The position numbers and the translations under genes are program-made. This document shows positions 26,345 through 40,569 of a stretch of DNA of 64,000 nt, piece by piece; position 1 is the first letter of the stretch; each line of letters begins with the position of its first letter. This stretch comes from Felis catus (Eukaryota), in NCBI RefSeq assembly GCF_018350175.1, contig NC_058368.1, positions 218,180,001 through 218,244,000 of the forward strand, read 5' to 3'. The notes below the pieces were generated by a model, which was given only the letters and a program-made list of their open reading frames with translations, had not been told where the DNA came from and did no database searches.

Positions 26345-27560
26345 CCTCATGGGATTTTCCCTCTATCTCTGTTTCTTGCTCACTTGAACTCTCTCCCTCT
26401 TTCTCTTTAACTCGAAAGAAAGAAAGAAAGAAAAAGAAAGAAAGAAGAGGAAGGAAGAAAGGCAAGCAATTATTTGATACATAAGAGGAGAATTCAGGTA
26501 AGAAGTTGAGTGTATGTGTTGAGTTAGGGAGAAAGATTTGTGCTGAAGATACAAATTTGGAAGTTCTGTAAAAACGTGTTTCAGGTGTTAAGTGCATATC
26601 AGTCACCTGATGTATGGTCTGAGTCTGAGTGTACATAGCTAAGAAAAAAAAAATCATGAAGTCATAGGATACTCTAAACTTAAGGTATCTGGAAGAAGAG
26701 GAATGACCCATAAGGCAGACTTTGAGGAGGCAGCCATGGAAATAGGAGACAAAATAATATGTGTTATCCTAGTGATTAAGTTTATTAAGGAGTGTGTGAC
26801 TAACTCTGAGGACTATTGCTATTAGGTTAGATATACTGAGAATTGAGAAGTGGCCTTTGGAAATAGCAACATAGGTATCATGACAAAAGCAAGTTAGATT
26901 GGTAACTTGGTAAACTTGACAAAAGCGAGTTAGATTGCTTTGTGATGAAAAAGTCTTTAAAGAGATACTAGAAAAGATTAGAGACAATGTATATAGTTTA
27001 TTCATTTGAGAAGTGCTATTTGAAGGGAGGGAAGCAAAATGTGACAGGTGGGGGTTAGGAAATTCTTCTTCCTCCTTTTCTTCCCCCTCCACCACTTTCC
27101 TCCTCTTCCTTCTCTTTTACTTTGGAAGAATAATATTTTATTTTATAGCAGTGTAAATGATTTGATAGAAATAAAAACAGGCTGTATTAGAAATATGGGA
27201 CATTGCTGAAGCTATATGCTGGAGTAGGCAAAAAGGGAAGCAAATTAATGCCTGAGTTAGGACATTAACTATAAAGAGGATCATGAATGGTTCATATATA
27301 ATAACAAGCAGTAAAAGAGATTATATGAGTTAGGAGGTAGGAGATATGCTGATATGCAGAGGAATCTGGAAAAATTCTCTTTCAAGTGCTTCAATTTCCT
27401 TAATAAAAGTATGTTTACCAATTTAGACAAAAGACAGTGAAGTTGGTATAAATCACTGGAGGAGAAAAGAAGAATGAAACTAGTTATCTAAGACAACTAG
27501 GAAAAATAATGGAATAAAAAATATAGTTAAGATGTCTGGACACATAAAGACACACTCCAG
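25260..27560 (-). mobile_element. L2 LINE relic
   Basis: Motifs ttggacatgttaaatt and gaattgagaagtggcctttggaaatagcaacatagg; purine-rich plus strand. Confidence 0.65.
26170..26463 (+). mobile_element. CanSINE variant (SINEC_Fc3-like) with (CT)n and GAAA tail
   Basis: Variant body gggtaaaacatgagcccc...gagcccc; TSD aagcaattatttg at 26157-26169 and 26464-26476. Confidence 0.9.
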
Positions 27561-27594
27561 GTTCCAGATTTCGAATTTAAAATGTATTTTTCAG

Positions 27595-29419
<1,825 letters not shown>

Positions 29420-31162
29420 AAAATGAATTTTTCAGCATTCCAAGAAGCTGCACTAACAGAGGTTCAGAAAAAGTGTTTCCATGGTGTGATTTTTTTTTTT
29501 TTTTCCAAGCAAGTGGCATGGAGTGAGAGAAGTAAGGGAGAATGATTATAATGATCAACCATAGAATTTGACCTGGGCAAAGAGAGACAAGATAGTCCCA
29601 CAGAATCATGGGAGGGGAAAAAGTTGGTTTTCTCAAAGGACTGGAGATTCAAGGGGTATAGAAAGTTCCTGAGGATTGTGGTATAAGAGGGAATGAGCAC
29701 TACCTGGCTGAGCCCCTTTACTTCAGAATCCAGTAGGTCATTTTATTCATCAGCATTTACCTAGCTTCATTTCTTTGTGCATGTGGTTGGTGTTAGTAAA
29801 TTTTTTTTCCTGAATTGAAAATTAAGACATTACAATATTTGGGGAGTAGGCAAAATGTAATGCATAATAAATTTGCCATATTAACATTCTTTCTTTCACC
29901 ACTAAGTCACCTGTCTCTCTTTTTTGCAGTTCGATCCCCCTGATTTTTTTCTCTCTCTTTCCTTTCTTTCTCTCTAAGAGCGCACATATATTTACAAAGG
30001 TATAATTTCAAAGAGAATTTTTCTTGGTCGAAAAATGTCTAACCCATAATTTTGGTATGCCAAATTTTTGGTAATTTAATGTAAAGAATTGAATCAAATT
30101 TTTAAAAATGTATATCCATGCTTTGATAAGACTGACATTGATTCATCTTTCCTTAAGGTATATAACTGGTTTTCTCATCTCACCTTTTGGTAACTTATCA
30201 GGTATTATAAAGCATATAATTGCTATTAGATTGAGATTAAAATTGACACCTATTTATGTCACAAAATTTTAAGGTATAATATTCACACACATCTTCCAAT
30301 AGTAGTTTCATTACAGTTGTAAAATTACTAGCCAGAAATTGAAGTGGAGAAATGATGACATCAAGCATGAGATATCCCAGGGAGAGAATTAATGTCAAAA
30401 TAATTACATGGTTCACAGTCAAGGCTGTATGGTTATTAGCAACTCTAGAGAAGCTAATTAAGTAAGTCAAAAATTGTGTTTAAGCCAGTTAAATCGAAGT
30501 GTTTCTATGGCTTCTGAACAAATAGGTAACACCTAAGAGCTGAGAATGCACTCATTAATCAAAGGAACTGAAAATTATATCACCCTGATTAAAACCACAT
30601 GTAGTAAAAATGCCTATTTAGTCTTCTTTTAAAATAAGATCTTAGCCAAAGCTGAACTGCTACTAACTTTAATTCGATCCTACAATCAGACAAGTTTTTC
30701 ATTGTGTTATTCTCTCACAAGTATTTTTGATAATTACCTAATTTTCTTTAACACCTCATCCTCTTTTTTTTTTTTTTATCAATACCTATCTCTAGTTTTT
30801 AAATTAGAAAAAAAAATCACTCTTCTTTAAAATGTAGACTCAACTTCTTGTTTGAAGACTGAAAACACGGGAAAAAAAATAGAATGTGCAGTGGGGTATC
30901 AAATGTAACAAAAGAGCTAACATGCAAAATGTACTCAGCACTGAAACAAAGGTTATTCTAGTTAGGTTTAAACCAATTTGCCTTTAAGGATTCCAAAGGT
31001 TTTTATTTAGAAAAGAAAAACAACAGAAATTGCTGTCCTTACAACGAAGGCAGAATCACACACTTTGGGGAAAGGGGAGGCAGAATTTGAAGGATGCAAA
31101 AAGACATCATGGGCGTCATAAACGCAGTGTCAGTGTCAGACTTTAAAACTTGCTGTTTGCAG

Positions 31163-31245
31163 GTTATGAATCTTGCTCCTTTACCGGACTGCCTCGATGA
31201 TTGTGATTTATTTTTGGAATACACCACTGCAAAAATTTTAGGAAG
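31163..31245 (+). other. Candidate spliced exon (83 nt) in unique, CpG-retaining sequence
   Basis: ttgctgtttgcag| ... GGAAG|gtaata; open in one frame, VMNLAPLPDCLDDCDLFLEYTTAKILG. Confidence 0.35.
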
Positions 31246-31618
31246 GTAATACTTGGGTTCTCATGAAATAAATACAACATGATAAATTAACTTACCAAAT
31301 ATTTACAAGCTTTACATCCCATGATTTTAGTTCATAACCAGAGAGGAGAATACTAGGAATTATACCAGAAATACACTTGTTTTCAATAATATTTCAAATA
31401 TTTTTTAAGTGAAGTAAATCAAAGTTTAACTTTGTATATTCAAATAAAAATTGGGAGACAATCTGGAGTTATATTTTTATGTTGAATACTATAAAGATAA
31501 GATAAATTAGAAGTGGCGGAGGGTATATCTCCTTAAAAGAATATTGTGTTAAAGATTTCATGACACTATGGTTCAGTTAGGAAAGTATATCTGAAGAGTA
31601 GTAATGGATATTCTGTAA

Positions 31619-31862
31619 TTTTTTTTTAAAGTTTATTTATTTATTTTTGAGAGAGAAAGAAAGAGATAGAGTGAGAGAGAGAGCTCATGTGCCTGTGTGA
31701 GCAGGTCAGGGGCGGAGAAAGAGGGAGAGAGAGAATCCCAAGCAGGCTCCATGCTGTCAGCACGGAGCCCAGTGTGGGGCTCGATCTCATTAACTGTGAG
31801 ATCATGACCTGAGTGGAAATGAAGAATCAGAAGCTTGACCTACTGAGCCACTCAAATGCCCC
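31619..31862 (-). mobile_element. CanSINE
   Basis: Reverse SINE; TSD ttctgtaat / ttctataat. Confidence 0.93.
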
Positions 31863-32149
31863 TTTTCTATAATGTTTTTATTCTTAAAGTAATATTTTGT
31901 TGTCAACCTATTTAAATATATTTGTATTTATATTTTAGTGCTATTCCAAATATGAATATTTTCATTTTGCATATGCATAGATTTTGGTGATAAGTAGGTA
32001 TACTTAAGAATACTAGCACAAACGGATTTATGGGCAATAGTTAACTTGGATTTTAATGGCCCCTAGGTCCCGGAGATTGTGCTAGCTTCTAGAGGATAGA
32101 ATATTGCAAAGGATGAGTTTTTTAATCTGGCACATTTTTCTTCTAACCC

Positions 32150-32533
32150 TGGTGTTTAAAATTATTAGATGTGTGACTTTGAACATATCACGTTAATTTT
32201 CTTAATGTCTGTGTTTCATCTGTAAAGTGGGGATAATAACATCTATCTTACTGAGCCACTTTGACAGCTGAAGAGAATTTATTTCAAACAAGTGACAATG
32301 TACTTGGTATAGAAGGGAATTAAAAAATTCCTAGGGTTGACATATTCACTGCTTCCTTCAATGATTTTCTATCTGAGCAGCCTACTAGAAGCACCTGAAG
32401 AGCTTTTAAAATGTTGAAATTGCCATGCCATTCCGCAGGCTAATTAGAACCCCTGTGGGAGGAGCCAAAGCACTCCTATCCGTTCAAAACTTCTCAAATG
32501 ATTATACATTGCAGTCAGATTTGAGGATAACTG
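32150..32533. mobile_element. MIR relic followed by MER5-like DNA transposon relic
   Basis: MIR core catctgtaaagtggggataataac; MER5-like tagaagcacctgaagagcttttaaa...ttgaggataactg. Confidence 0.65.
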
Positions 32534-32590
32534 ATTTAATGCAAAGCAAATTGGTCCTGTTGCTTCATTGCGCTAGTCATTTCTTTCTTA

Positions 32591-33071
32591 TGTAAAGGAA
32601 CGAAAAATAAAATTTCCCTCTACCCTCCTAGGTTCTTGACTGAAACACCTACCTAATAAAAGAAAAATTAACAGGAGAAAGATACATAAAAGTTTAATAA
32701 CATGTATACCTCCTATATCCGTGGGAGATACCCAGAAAAACTGAGCAACTCTCTGAAATGGCAGAAGCCACCACCTTAAATAGAGAAGGTGAGGTGACCA
32801 GGAAAACCACTGTAAACAAAGGTAGTTGTTATGCAGATTAAGCCCTTGTCATCTCTGAGTTTCTAGAGATTTAGATTGGTCCCTCCCTTCCCCCCAGAGA
32901 GAGATGGATACCTTGCAAAAGGGAGATTTTCCTTATAAATGCAAATGTCTTACAAAAGGATCACTTCCACTGGTTCTCAGAGCTTCTCCTGTGTCTGCAG
33001 TTTCTGAAAAATAATCAGCCCTAAATATGGCGAAGAGGCATTTTTGGGGTGTTATGTGCCGCTCCCCTTCA
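32591..33071 (-). mobile_element. ERV1-class solo LTR (MER34-like)
   Basis: TG...CA ends; 4-bp TSD ctta at 32587-32590 and 33072-33075; gaaactgcagacacaggagaagctctga motif on minus. Confidence 0.85.
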
Positions 33072-33271
33072 CTTACATCTATAACAAATTCAGTGTTAAC
33101 CACCCTAAACATGGTCAACAAAAACATACACAAAAGATCTTTATAGTTAACAAATGCTGGAAGAGAGGCTGCTTGCGGAAAAGGCAGAATAAAATTTTAA
33201 AAATGAGAGAAAGCAAGATGAATCCATTGCTTTTCATTGAAAGGAAAAATAATAGTCAAGAGCAGTGATTT

Positions 33272-33477
33272 TTTTTTTAATTTTAGTTTTTTAATGTTTT
33301 ATTTACTTTTGAGAGAGAAGGCAAAGTGTGAGAAGGGGAGGAGCAGAGAGCACGAGACACAGAATCCAAAGCAGGCTCCAGGCTCTGAGACATCAGCACA
33401 GAGCCTAATATGGGCTCGACCCGAAAACCAGGAGATAATGACCTGAGCCTAAGTTGGGCACTCAATGGGCTGAGCCC
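33272..33477 (-). mobile_element. 5'-truncated CanSINE fused to the inverted duplicate
   Basis: Reverse SINE ending at tgagccc without its last ~12 head bases; TSD cagtgattt at 33263-33271 and 33815-33823. Confidence 0.9.
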
Positions 33478-33818
33478 CAAGGACTTAATCTGCATAACAA
33501 CTACTTTTGTTTACAGTGGTTTTCCTGGTCACCTTCACCTTGTCCTTTCCTTTTTATCTGTAGATGTTATTTAAGGTGGTGGCTTGGGCCATTTCCGAGT
33601 TGCTCAGTTTTTCTGGGTATCTCCCATGGATATAGGAAGTATACATATTATTAAACTTTTATGTATCTTTCTCCTGTTAATTTTTCTTTTATTAGGTAGG
33701 TGTTTCAGTCAAGAACCTAGGAGGGTAGAGGGAAATTTTATTTTTCGTTCCTTTACATAAGAAAGAAATGACTAGCGCAATGAAGCAACAGGACCAATTT
33801 GCTTTGCATTAAATCAGT
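33478..33818. repeat. Inverted duplicate of 32530-32848 (LTR 3' half plus ~60 bp flank)
   Basis: 33648-33818 is the exact reverse complement of 32530-32700 (171/171, checked base by base); inner part diverged. Confidence 0.97.
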
Positions 33819-34264
33819 GATTTGAAGGAAAATTCAGGCATAATAATATTAGGGCAAGTCTTTTGTATATTTATATATTTCTGATCAAAATAGACAAATG
33901 CTAAGGCTAAATTTCCTAAGTTGTATCTAATGATGCAAAAAAATAAATAAATAAAACCCATGTAATTACGTATGCAAAATGGGTAATTTTGTTTGTAATC
34001 GGTAATTTTCTATTGTTTAATTTGAAGGTTAGCTAAAGTACTTTCTCTGCCTGTAGAGTTTTAGGTTGCTATTTTTCTCCCCATTTAAGATGTTCTTAAG
34101 TTATTCACCTATATTTGCCTTGAAGATTTAAAAACTGATTTTAATTCAATATTTACCTGTTCCAGGTGGATCTAGGTGGATTTTAATAGCCTTTTGAAAT
34201 GGAAAAGGGCTTGACAAATTTTTCATGTATGATTTTGTCAAAGAAATTATGAATTACTAAAGAC

Positions 34265-34673
34265 TTTGTAGAGAACAAAGGCAAAAGGAAAGGTAGATAA
34301 AATTAAATTTCCTTGTAGCTTGCAGCCCATTGACAAATATATGAGACCTGCCGAGGAGGCCTTTTCTTTGGAACTCCAACTATCTTAATGCTAATGCTTT
34401 GCCTAAAGGCAAAAAAGCAACCTTAACTTGACCCCAGCGGGGCCTCCAGGATCCTTAAGTCTTCTTCAACATATGAAAATGCTTCTGGAATCCTTTTGTC
34501 GCTACTCTCCCCAACTTAAAACTGTATAACCAATTGCTCCTCATTATCCGTAGCTCTTTCTGCCCAAGGATCCCATCCCTGTGCTTTAATAAAACCACTC
34601 TTTTTTGTACCAAAAATGTCTCAAGAATTCTTTGTTGACCATTCACTCTTGGTCCCTAAATCAAATCACATCG
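34265..34673 (+). mobile_element. Carnivore ERV solo LTR (CarLTR-like)
   Basis: gagaacaaaggcaaaag start, TATA-like gtataa, aataaa, gtctcaagaattc, cacatc end; TSD aagac at 34260-34264 and 34674-34678. Confidence 0.8.
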
Positions 34674-35242
34674 AAGACACTGGGACAACTATATGATTTG
34701 TACTCATACACAAACAGAAGTAACAGTTTTTAGAAACAGGATATTGTACATCTGCTTTTTGAAATATTCCTGGAAAGAAATACATATATACACACACATA
34801 CACACAAGATGCCTTTGTTTACTTAGTAATTTGAGGAATAACCCGATTATCTATTTATTTTAAACTGTAGTAGAAAAACATATTTGTGAATGAAATATTT
34901 GTTTATGTATAACATTTACTTTAAGGTTAGTATAGTATTTATATTGCCATATATTTTGGATGTATTTTATTCAAATATCCAACCCTGGAGCACCATTTTT
35001 CTTATAATTTCTCTTCTAACATTCTAGTAATATGAAAGAACTAATGCTTATTTAAAGGTAGACCTTCCAGTTCACTGGAGCAGTCATTTATTAAATAGCA
35101 CCCTGTGGACTTAAAAATAAAACATACCTCTTCCAATTTTTTACTTTCAGGCAAGAATTAGATTCTTCACACAAAAACTGTTGCCCATTAAATACTTCCA
35201 GTTTGCAGATTTTTAAAAATGTATTATAGAATACACATACAC

Positions 35243-36312
35243 ATACAGAATAATGCCTGATGTGGAAACAAAGGCAAAAGAAAAATTTAAATTTCCTTAC
35301 TGTCTACAGCCCATTAACAAGTCCTTTAATCAGGCAGAGTGACCTTCTCTTAGGAGCTCAGCTGCCCAGATGATGACACTTTGCTAAGAGCAAAAGGCTC
35401 TTAGTTTAACATTATCTTAAACCCCCAGGATCCTGTAAGTCTACTTTAACATATAAAAATTCCTTTGGAAACTTCTTTTATCTCTACCCCTCCCAAGATA
35501 GATGTTCGCAATCGTACTCCAAGTTTATGCCCCACTGATACACATCTGAAGAGTCTCATGACTGAGGTTTTACTAAACACTAATCGATGACATTTTCCTC
35601 ACAGCAGCTGGTCCCATTAAGGTCCTAGAAACCTAGCTTCCAAAATTCTATAGAGACTTATGTTACCCCTAACCCCCTCCCACTTGAAAGTATATAATCT
35701 AGCTACCTGTCACAACCCCAGGGCAGCTCATTCTGACCATGTGTCCTGTCCCTGTGATTTAATAAAACTACCTTTTGCATGGAACACGTCTCAAGAATTC
35801 TTTCTTGGCCATCGGCTCTGAACCCCAACAATTTCCACATCACAGCCCTCATAATATGTCTACATCTTAATTCCTGGAATCTGTGAATATCTTACTTTAC
35901 AGACAAGAGGAATATTACAGACGTGATTATCGTTAAGAATTTTGGGGTAGGGAGATTATCCTGGGTTATCCAGTTTGACCCAAAGAAATCACAACATTTC
36001 TTAAAAATGAAAGTGAGAGACAGAAGAAGAGTCAATGTCAGAATAATGTCATATGAGACAGTGACTATTGCTGATTTTGATGATGGGAGATACGAGTCAA
36101 GGAATGTGGGTATCCTCTAGAGACTGGAACAGGCAAGTAAACAGATTCCTCCCTAGAGCTTCCAGAGAGAGCATAGACCTGCCAAAAGCTTGATTTGGGT
36201 CCAGTAGAAGCTGTTTTCGGTTTCTGACCTACAGAACTGTAAGATAAAAAATTTGTGTAATTTGAAATCGCTTTGATTTGACAGTTTGCTACAGCTGCAA
36301 TAGGAACATAAC
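35243..36312 (+). mobile_element. MaLR (MLT1-type) solo LTR interrupted by the 35258 LTR
   Basis: cagaataatgcc..., gggagattatcctgggttatccag, ttctgacctacagaactgtaagataa, gcaataggaacataaca end. Confidence 0.85.
35258..35842 (+). mobile_element. Carnivore ERV solo LTR, longer relative of the 34265 copy, nested in an MLT1
   Basis: tgatgtggaaacaaaggcaaaag...ccacatca; shares start and end motifs with the 34265 LTR. Confidence 0.8.
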
Positions 36313-36799
36313 ACCTGTGTATGTATAGTTGTAGCTATACATACATATAGATGCCAGATAGTGTCTTGTACACATTTATTTATTTGCATTTATATAGTGT
36401 TCTTAAAGAACACTTCTCAATATGGAAGATGAAGCCTGACTTACCATTTTATGATGAAACTTTCAATTGAAGTCTAGGTAAATTTGGAAGCAAAGCTCCT
36501 AGGAAGCTGGAAGAAGGAACTGCATAACATTGTCATACTGTTTATTTTATTATTATTATTATGTAATCAAGCATCTGCCTGTATGCAGGGAAAATTTTTT
36601 AAGCGGAAGCCATGCTATCCTCAAAGTTCGAGCATGGTAGAAGGAAACTGACAGGCCAACTTGCTGATGGGGGTTGAGGGACCAGTAATAGTGACATCCT
36701 GAACTGACATTTCTTAAGTCCTTTTTGAATAAAAAGAAAAGGGTGTGGATAGATTTCAGAGTGCTTTTAAAAAATAGTATGCTCGAAAGGCTAGATTCT

Positions 36800-37050
36800 C
36801 AGTCAACAAGTTCTAGTTAGTCTTTGGAGAATGGCGAATTAGTAAGAATGCTTTGCCCTTGAATAAGTTAATCAGCTTCTGCCTTCTCATCTGTAAAATA
36901 AGAATGGTAACATCAGTCTCAAAGATAATTGTGAATATAAAATAAAATGATTACTCTGGTATATAACACATGACCCAAAATGTTTGATCCTTTTGCTTCT
37001 ATATCCTGACAGTGCCTAGTTCTATATTGAGTAGACACAATAAAAATGAT
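36800..37050 (+). mobile_element. MIR relic
   Basis: cttgaataagttaatc...ctcatctgtaaaataagaatggtaac. Confidence 0.6.
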
Positions 37051-39384
37051 GTATATAGTTAAGAAAAATAAGCCTCAGTTGGCTGACTTTTAAAGGTGTG
37101 TAACTGCTTGAGATTTAATACAATATTCTAAGAGAGTTGAGCATAAGTGATGGGAAGTATTTCAAGTTGAATTCTATCTTTCATTTCAGGAAGTTAGCCG
37201 TTCATCTTACCTTCACCTAAATATACATGTTACTCGAGGAGTATATTTTTTTCCAGAAATGAGGAACATGAAAAATATCGGATCTACCAAACTGTCAAAG
37301 GCTCATTCAGTTTTAAGCTCTATTACACCCCATTTTTCATAATGGGATAAACCCTGAGAACAGATACAACTGGCAATAGAGAAACACAATTTTGTACTTC
37401 ACATAATGTTTGTGAAAAACAATATTTGAGAAATGCTTAGGACACTCCATATTTTCTACTTAAGAGTCATATCTCAAAAAAAAGCATCCTATCTCTCAGA
37501 ATAAATATTCAGTTATATAATCTCCAGAATTTATAAAATAATATTTATAGAACACTGATGGAAGCCACCAGGTTTAAATATCTTTTATAGTCCATCTTTA
37601 TTTCACAATTAGGAAAACTTTCAAGTAAAAAATCTTGGCTTATTCTATAAAGTGACACTGAAAGTCATGTTACGTGCCAATTCTGCTATCCATAATTTGT
37701 TTATTTACCCATTTATATCTTAGGTTAACATTTCAATATGTCCTGGAGAACTTCACAATTTGCTATTGTGTTTATATGAGAATAAGAAAAAAATAGAATT
37801 AGAATCACTGAGAAAAAAATAAGAAAAGAAAAGAAAAAAATAAGAAAATAAATTTATTCATAAATAAATATTTATTAAGGGCCTACCATTTATTATATGC
37901 TCATATTAGCTCTTGGCAAACATCATTTGACTAAAATAGACAAAGATCTTTGTCCTCAAGTCCTAAAATTTCAGCAAGGGAAACTGACAGTAAAAAATAA
38001 GCATAATTAATAATTTAACTGTGGTGTATTTTTAAAAATTGGAAAAAACTAAAAGAGCAGGTAAAGAATATAGGATTTTGTTCTTGTAGACTGACACAAT
38101 AAAAAAATTAAAAGTACTTATCAACTTATATCCAGAAATGTTTCCACATATATTATCTTTTTTGATCTCCAAAACTCTGCACTAAATATATCCTTATCAA
38201 TAAGCACGTTTGAATTAAAAGTTCAAAAACTGAATTAAAATTAAAATAACCTGGCCCAGGACACTCAGTCTGCTATGAACATGTGTTTTTGTTTGTATAA
38301 CATGACGTTTTGTTACACATTTTGTTGTTGATTTATGTTGGTTATTAGAAGTTTAATATGAAAGAAGGGATAGAAAATGATGGTTTTTGAATACCCTTTT
38401 TCTATATCTTTATGTTATGAATCCTACCATCCTGGTAAAGGTATCAAGACTCACATTTCCAAATTCATCTGCAGCTGGAGCAGAGTCCTCTGTCACTCAG
38501 ATATGCCCACATGAGACTTCTCTCCAGCAGAGAATGGCACCAGTAAAGAAACTCAGGACAGGATTTCCTTTTTTTGCAGATGTGAGTGAGCAACGATGGT
38601 GTTAACTTTTCTGTTAGGCTGCAACACAAGTTCCTAATGGTTACCAGTTTGCAAAATGTATCTGGTGACAGTAGCTCTGCAGTCTAGTCAGCATGGTTCT
38701 TTGATGCTCCATAGAAGCAAAGGTGATCGTTGACCCCCGGGTGAGCTCTTGTTGTGTGGCTATGAAGAGGCAGGTGGAAGGGAAGCAGAATCTCAATTTA
38801 TGTGTTCCTCCTGATGAATCTGCAAGTTCCCAAATAACCAAGGATGACTTCTTTTTCCACTTACATGGGATGCTTTTGGTTATTTAAGAAAGAGGAAGAA
38901 AACTTCTGATTCTCTTTCCCTTGGTCCTTTTCCTCCCCCACCCCCCTTAAGGATCCCCACTTGAGGGCACGAGTGAGGGAATCTGAATTTATTGTATCTA
39001 ATCTCATCTCCCAAATCTATCACTGTCCACTTTACACCTGCCTCTTACCATCATATGTATCTCTCTCACCTTCCCTTGTTTCCACCAAGGTACCCACCCT
39101 GCTCACCAGTTTCTTCAGCCACCTTTGTTCAGCTCTCCAAGAAAGGAAGAGGAAATAGACATTTTACCACTCAATATGCTTCTCACCAGATTCAAGATTA
39201 TTTTTTAGGACTTTATGGTGTGGCTTCTTCTGTTGAGGTGCTTTTAGGATCCTTAATGTGCTGGTTCTGCTTTGTGTCATCTTTCTTTCAGTCACCAGGC
39301 TTTGAGTTACATTCCACAGAAATCAGCCCCATTTCTTCCGTAGTTGTTCACGGTGAACTGGGTTTGTGATAGTCTGCTTTTTAT

Positions 39385-39640
39385 TTTATGTTATTCAACA
39401 AATAATTTAACAATGTTTGCTATGTGCCAAAGCTGTTTTCTTTCCGAGGACCTTATCGATATCAACTTATTTAAAATTTATGCAAGTATGATGAGGTAGG
39501 TAATATTTTATTTCATTTTGCAAATATCTAGATTGAGATGGAAAAAGGTTAGGTAACTTATCAAAGTCCCTCAGGCAGTACCTGGAGAAGCCATAGTCAA
39601 AAGCAGAGTGTGACCCAGGGTCTACATTGTTCTTAACTAT
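39385..39640 (-). mobile_element. MIR relic
   Basis: gaggtaggtaatattttatttcattttgcaaat...ggttaggtaacttatcaaagtc. Confidence 0.6.
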
Positions 39641-40569
39641 ATTACCATTTCCCTCCTTTATTTCATTAGCAATCAGCAAGAAAGAAATAATAATTTAGGC
39701 TCATTCTATTTTTACTGCAAAAATTATGTGTATTTTGTTTTTCCATATTGATCTTTATCACTTAGGAATTATAAAAATGTTCTGTATTCTCCATTTTATT
39801 CTTTTCTTTGTCCCAGATGTACCTTTTCCCCAGATATAGTAATTATTCTCAAAAGTCGTATTAAATCCTAAAGAGTTATATGATTCTCACCTGCTCTGAG
39901 TCCATGTCTTGTAACATAGGCTTATCCCAAACTCTAATAAGAACCTGTACGAACTGATTGAAATAAAGCACCTTTATTTCTTAAGAAATAAGAAATAAGC
40001 ACCTTTATAGCTCTTAAGACAAATGCCTATATACTGGGGAAGAGTGCATTAATGCATAAATAGTGCCACTTACCACTCAAGTAATGAATTTTTTTAGTGT
40101 GGTCATTTTCTTTGACACAGATTAATCTAGTTCAAACTCCATCTTGGTTATTTATGTAGGGAAGTTAGGATGCTATGGAGAATTAAGAGCCAAGATGTGT
40201 TTTAAAATATCCTGTAAATAAGGAAGATATTCACTTGAAGCAGCTCAGATCTGTACACAGGATTTAATCTTACACGAAGTTTTCATCCCATGTTAGCACG
40301 TTCTTTTCCCAGTCCAACTTCCAAATTTATTATTTTGCTGGCGGAGACTGATTCCCCATTGGCTCATACGACCTCAGTTTGCCACACTAACAGAACAGCG
40401 CACTCAGTTTTAATATAAAACTATAATATGTTTCCAGTATAGTATGTGCTATAGTTATGTAATACCAATATAATACTAATAATTATATTCTAATAGAAGA
40501 GTATATTGTATATTATTAGAACATATAATTATATATGCCACTATAATTTATATAATTTTAATTTCTAGT

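Noticed and set aside
32530..33818. Inverted repeat as terminal inverted repeats of a DNA transposon or MITE
   Set aside because: The arms are made of an LTR end plus its genomic flank, there is no TSD outside the pair, and the right arm lies inside a SINE TSD.
34265..35842. Two same-orientation LTRs as the ends of one provirus
   Set aside because: They differ in length and divergence, the first has its own TSD, the second is nested in an MLT1, and there is no primer-binding site or gag/pol sequence between them.
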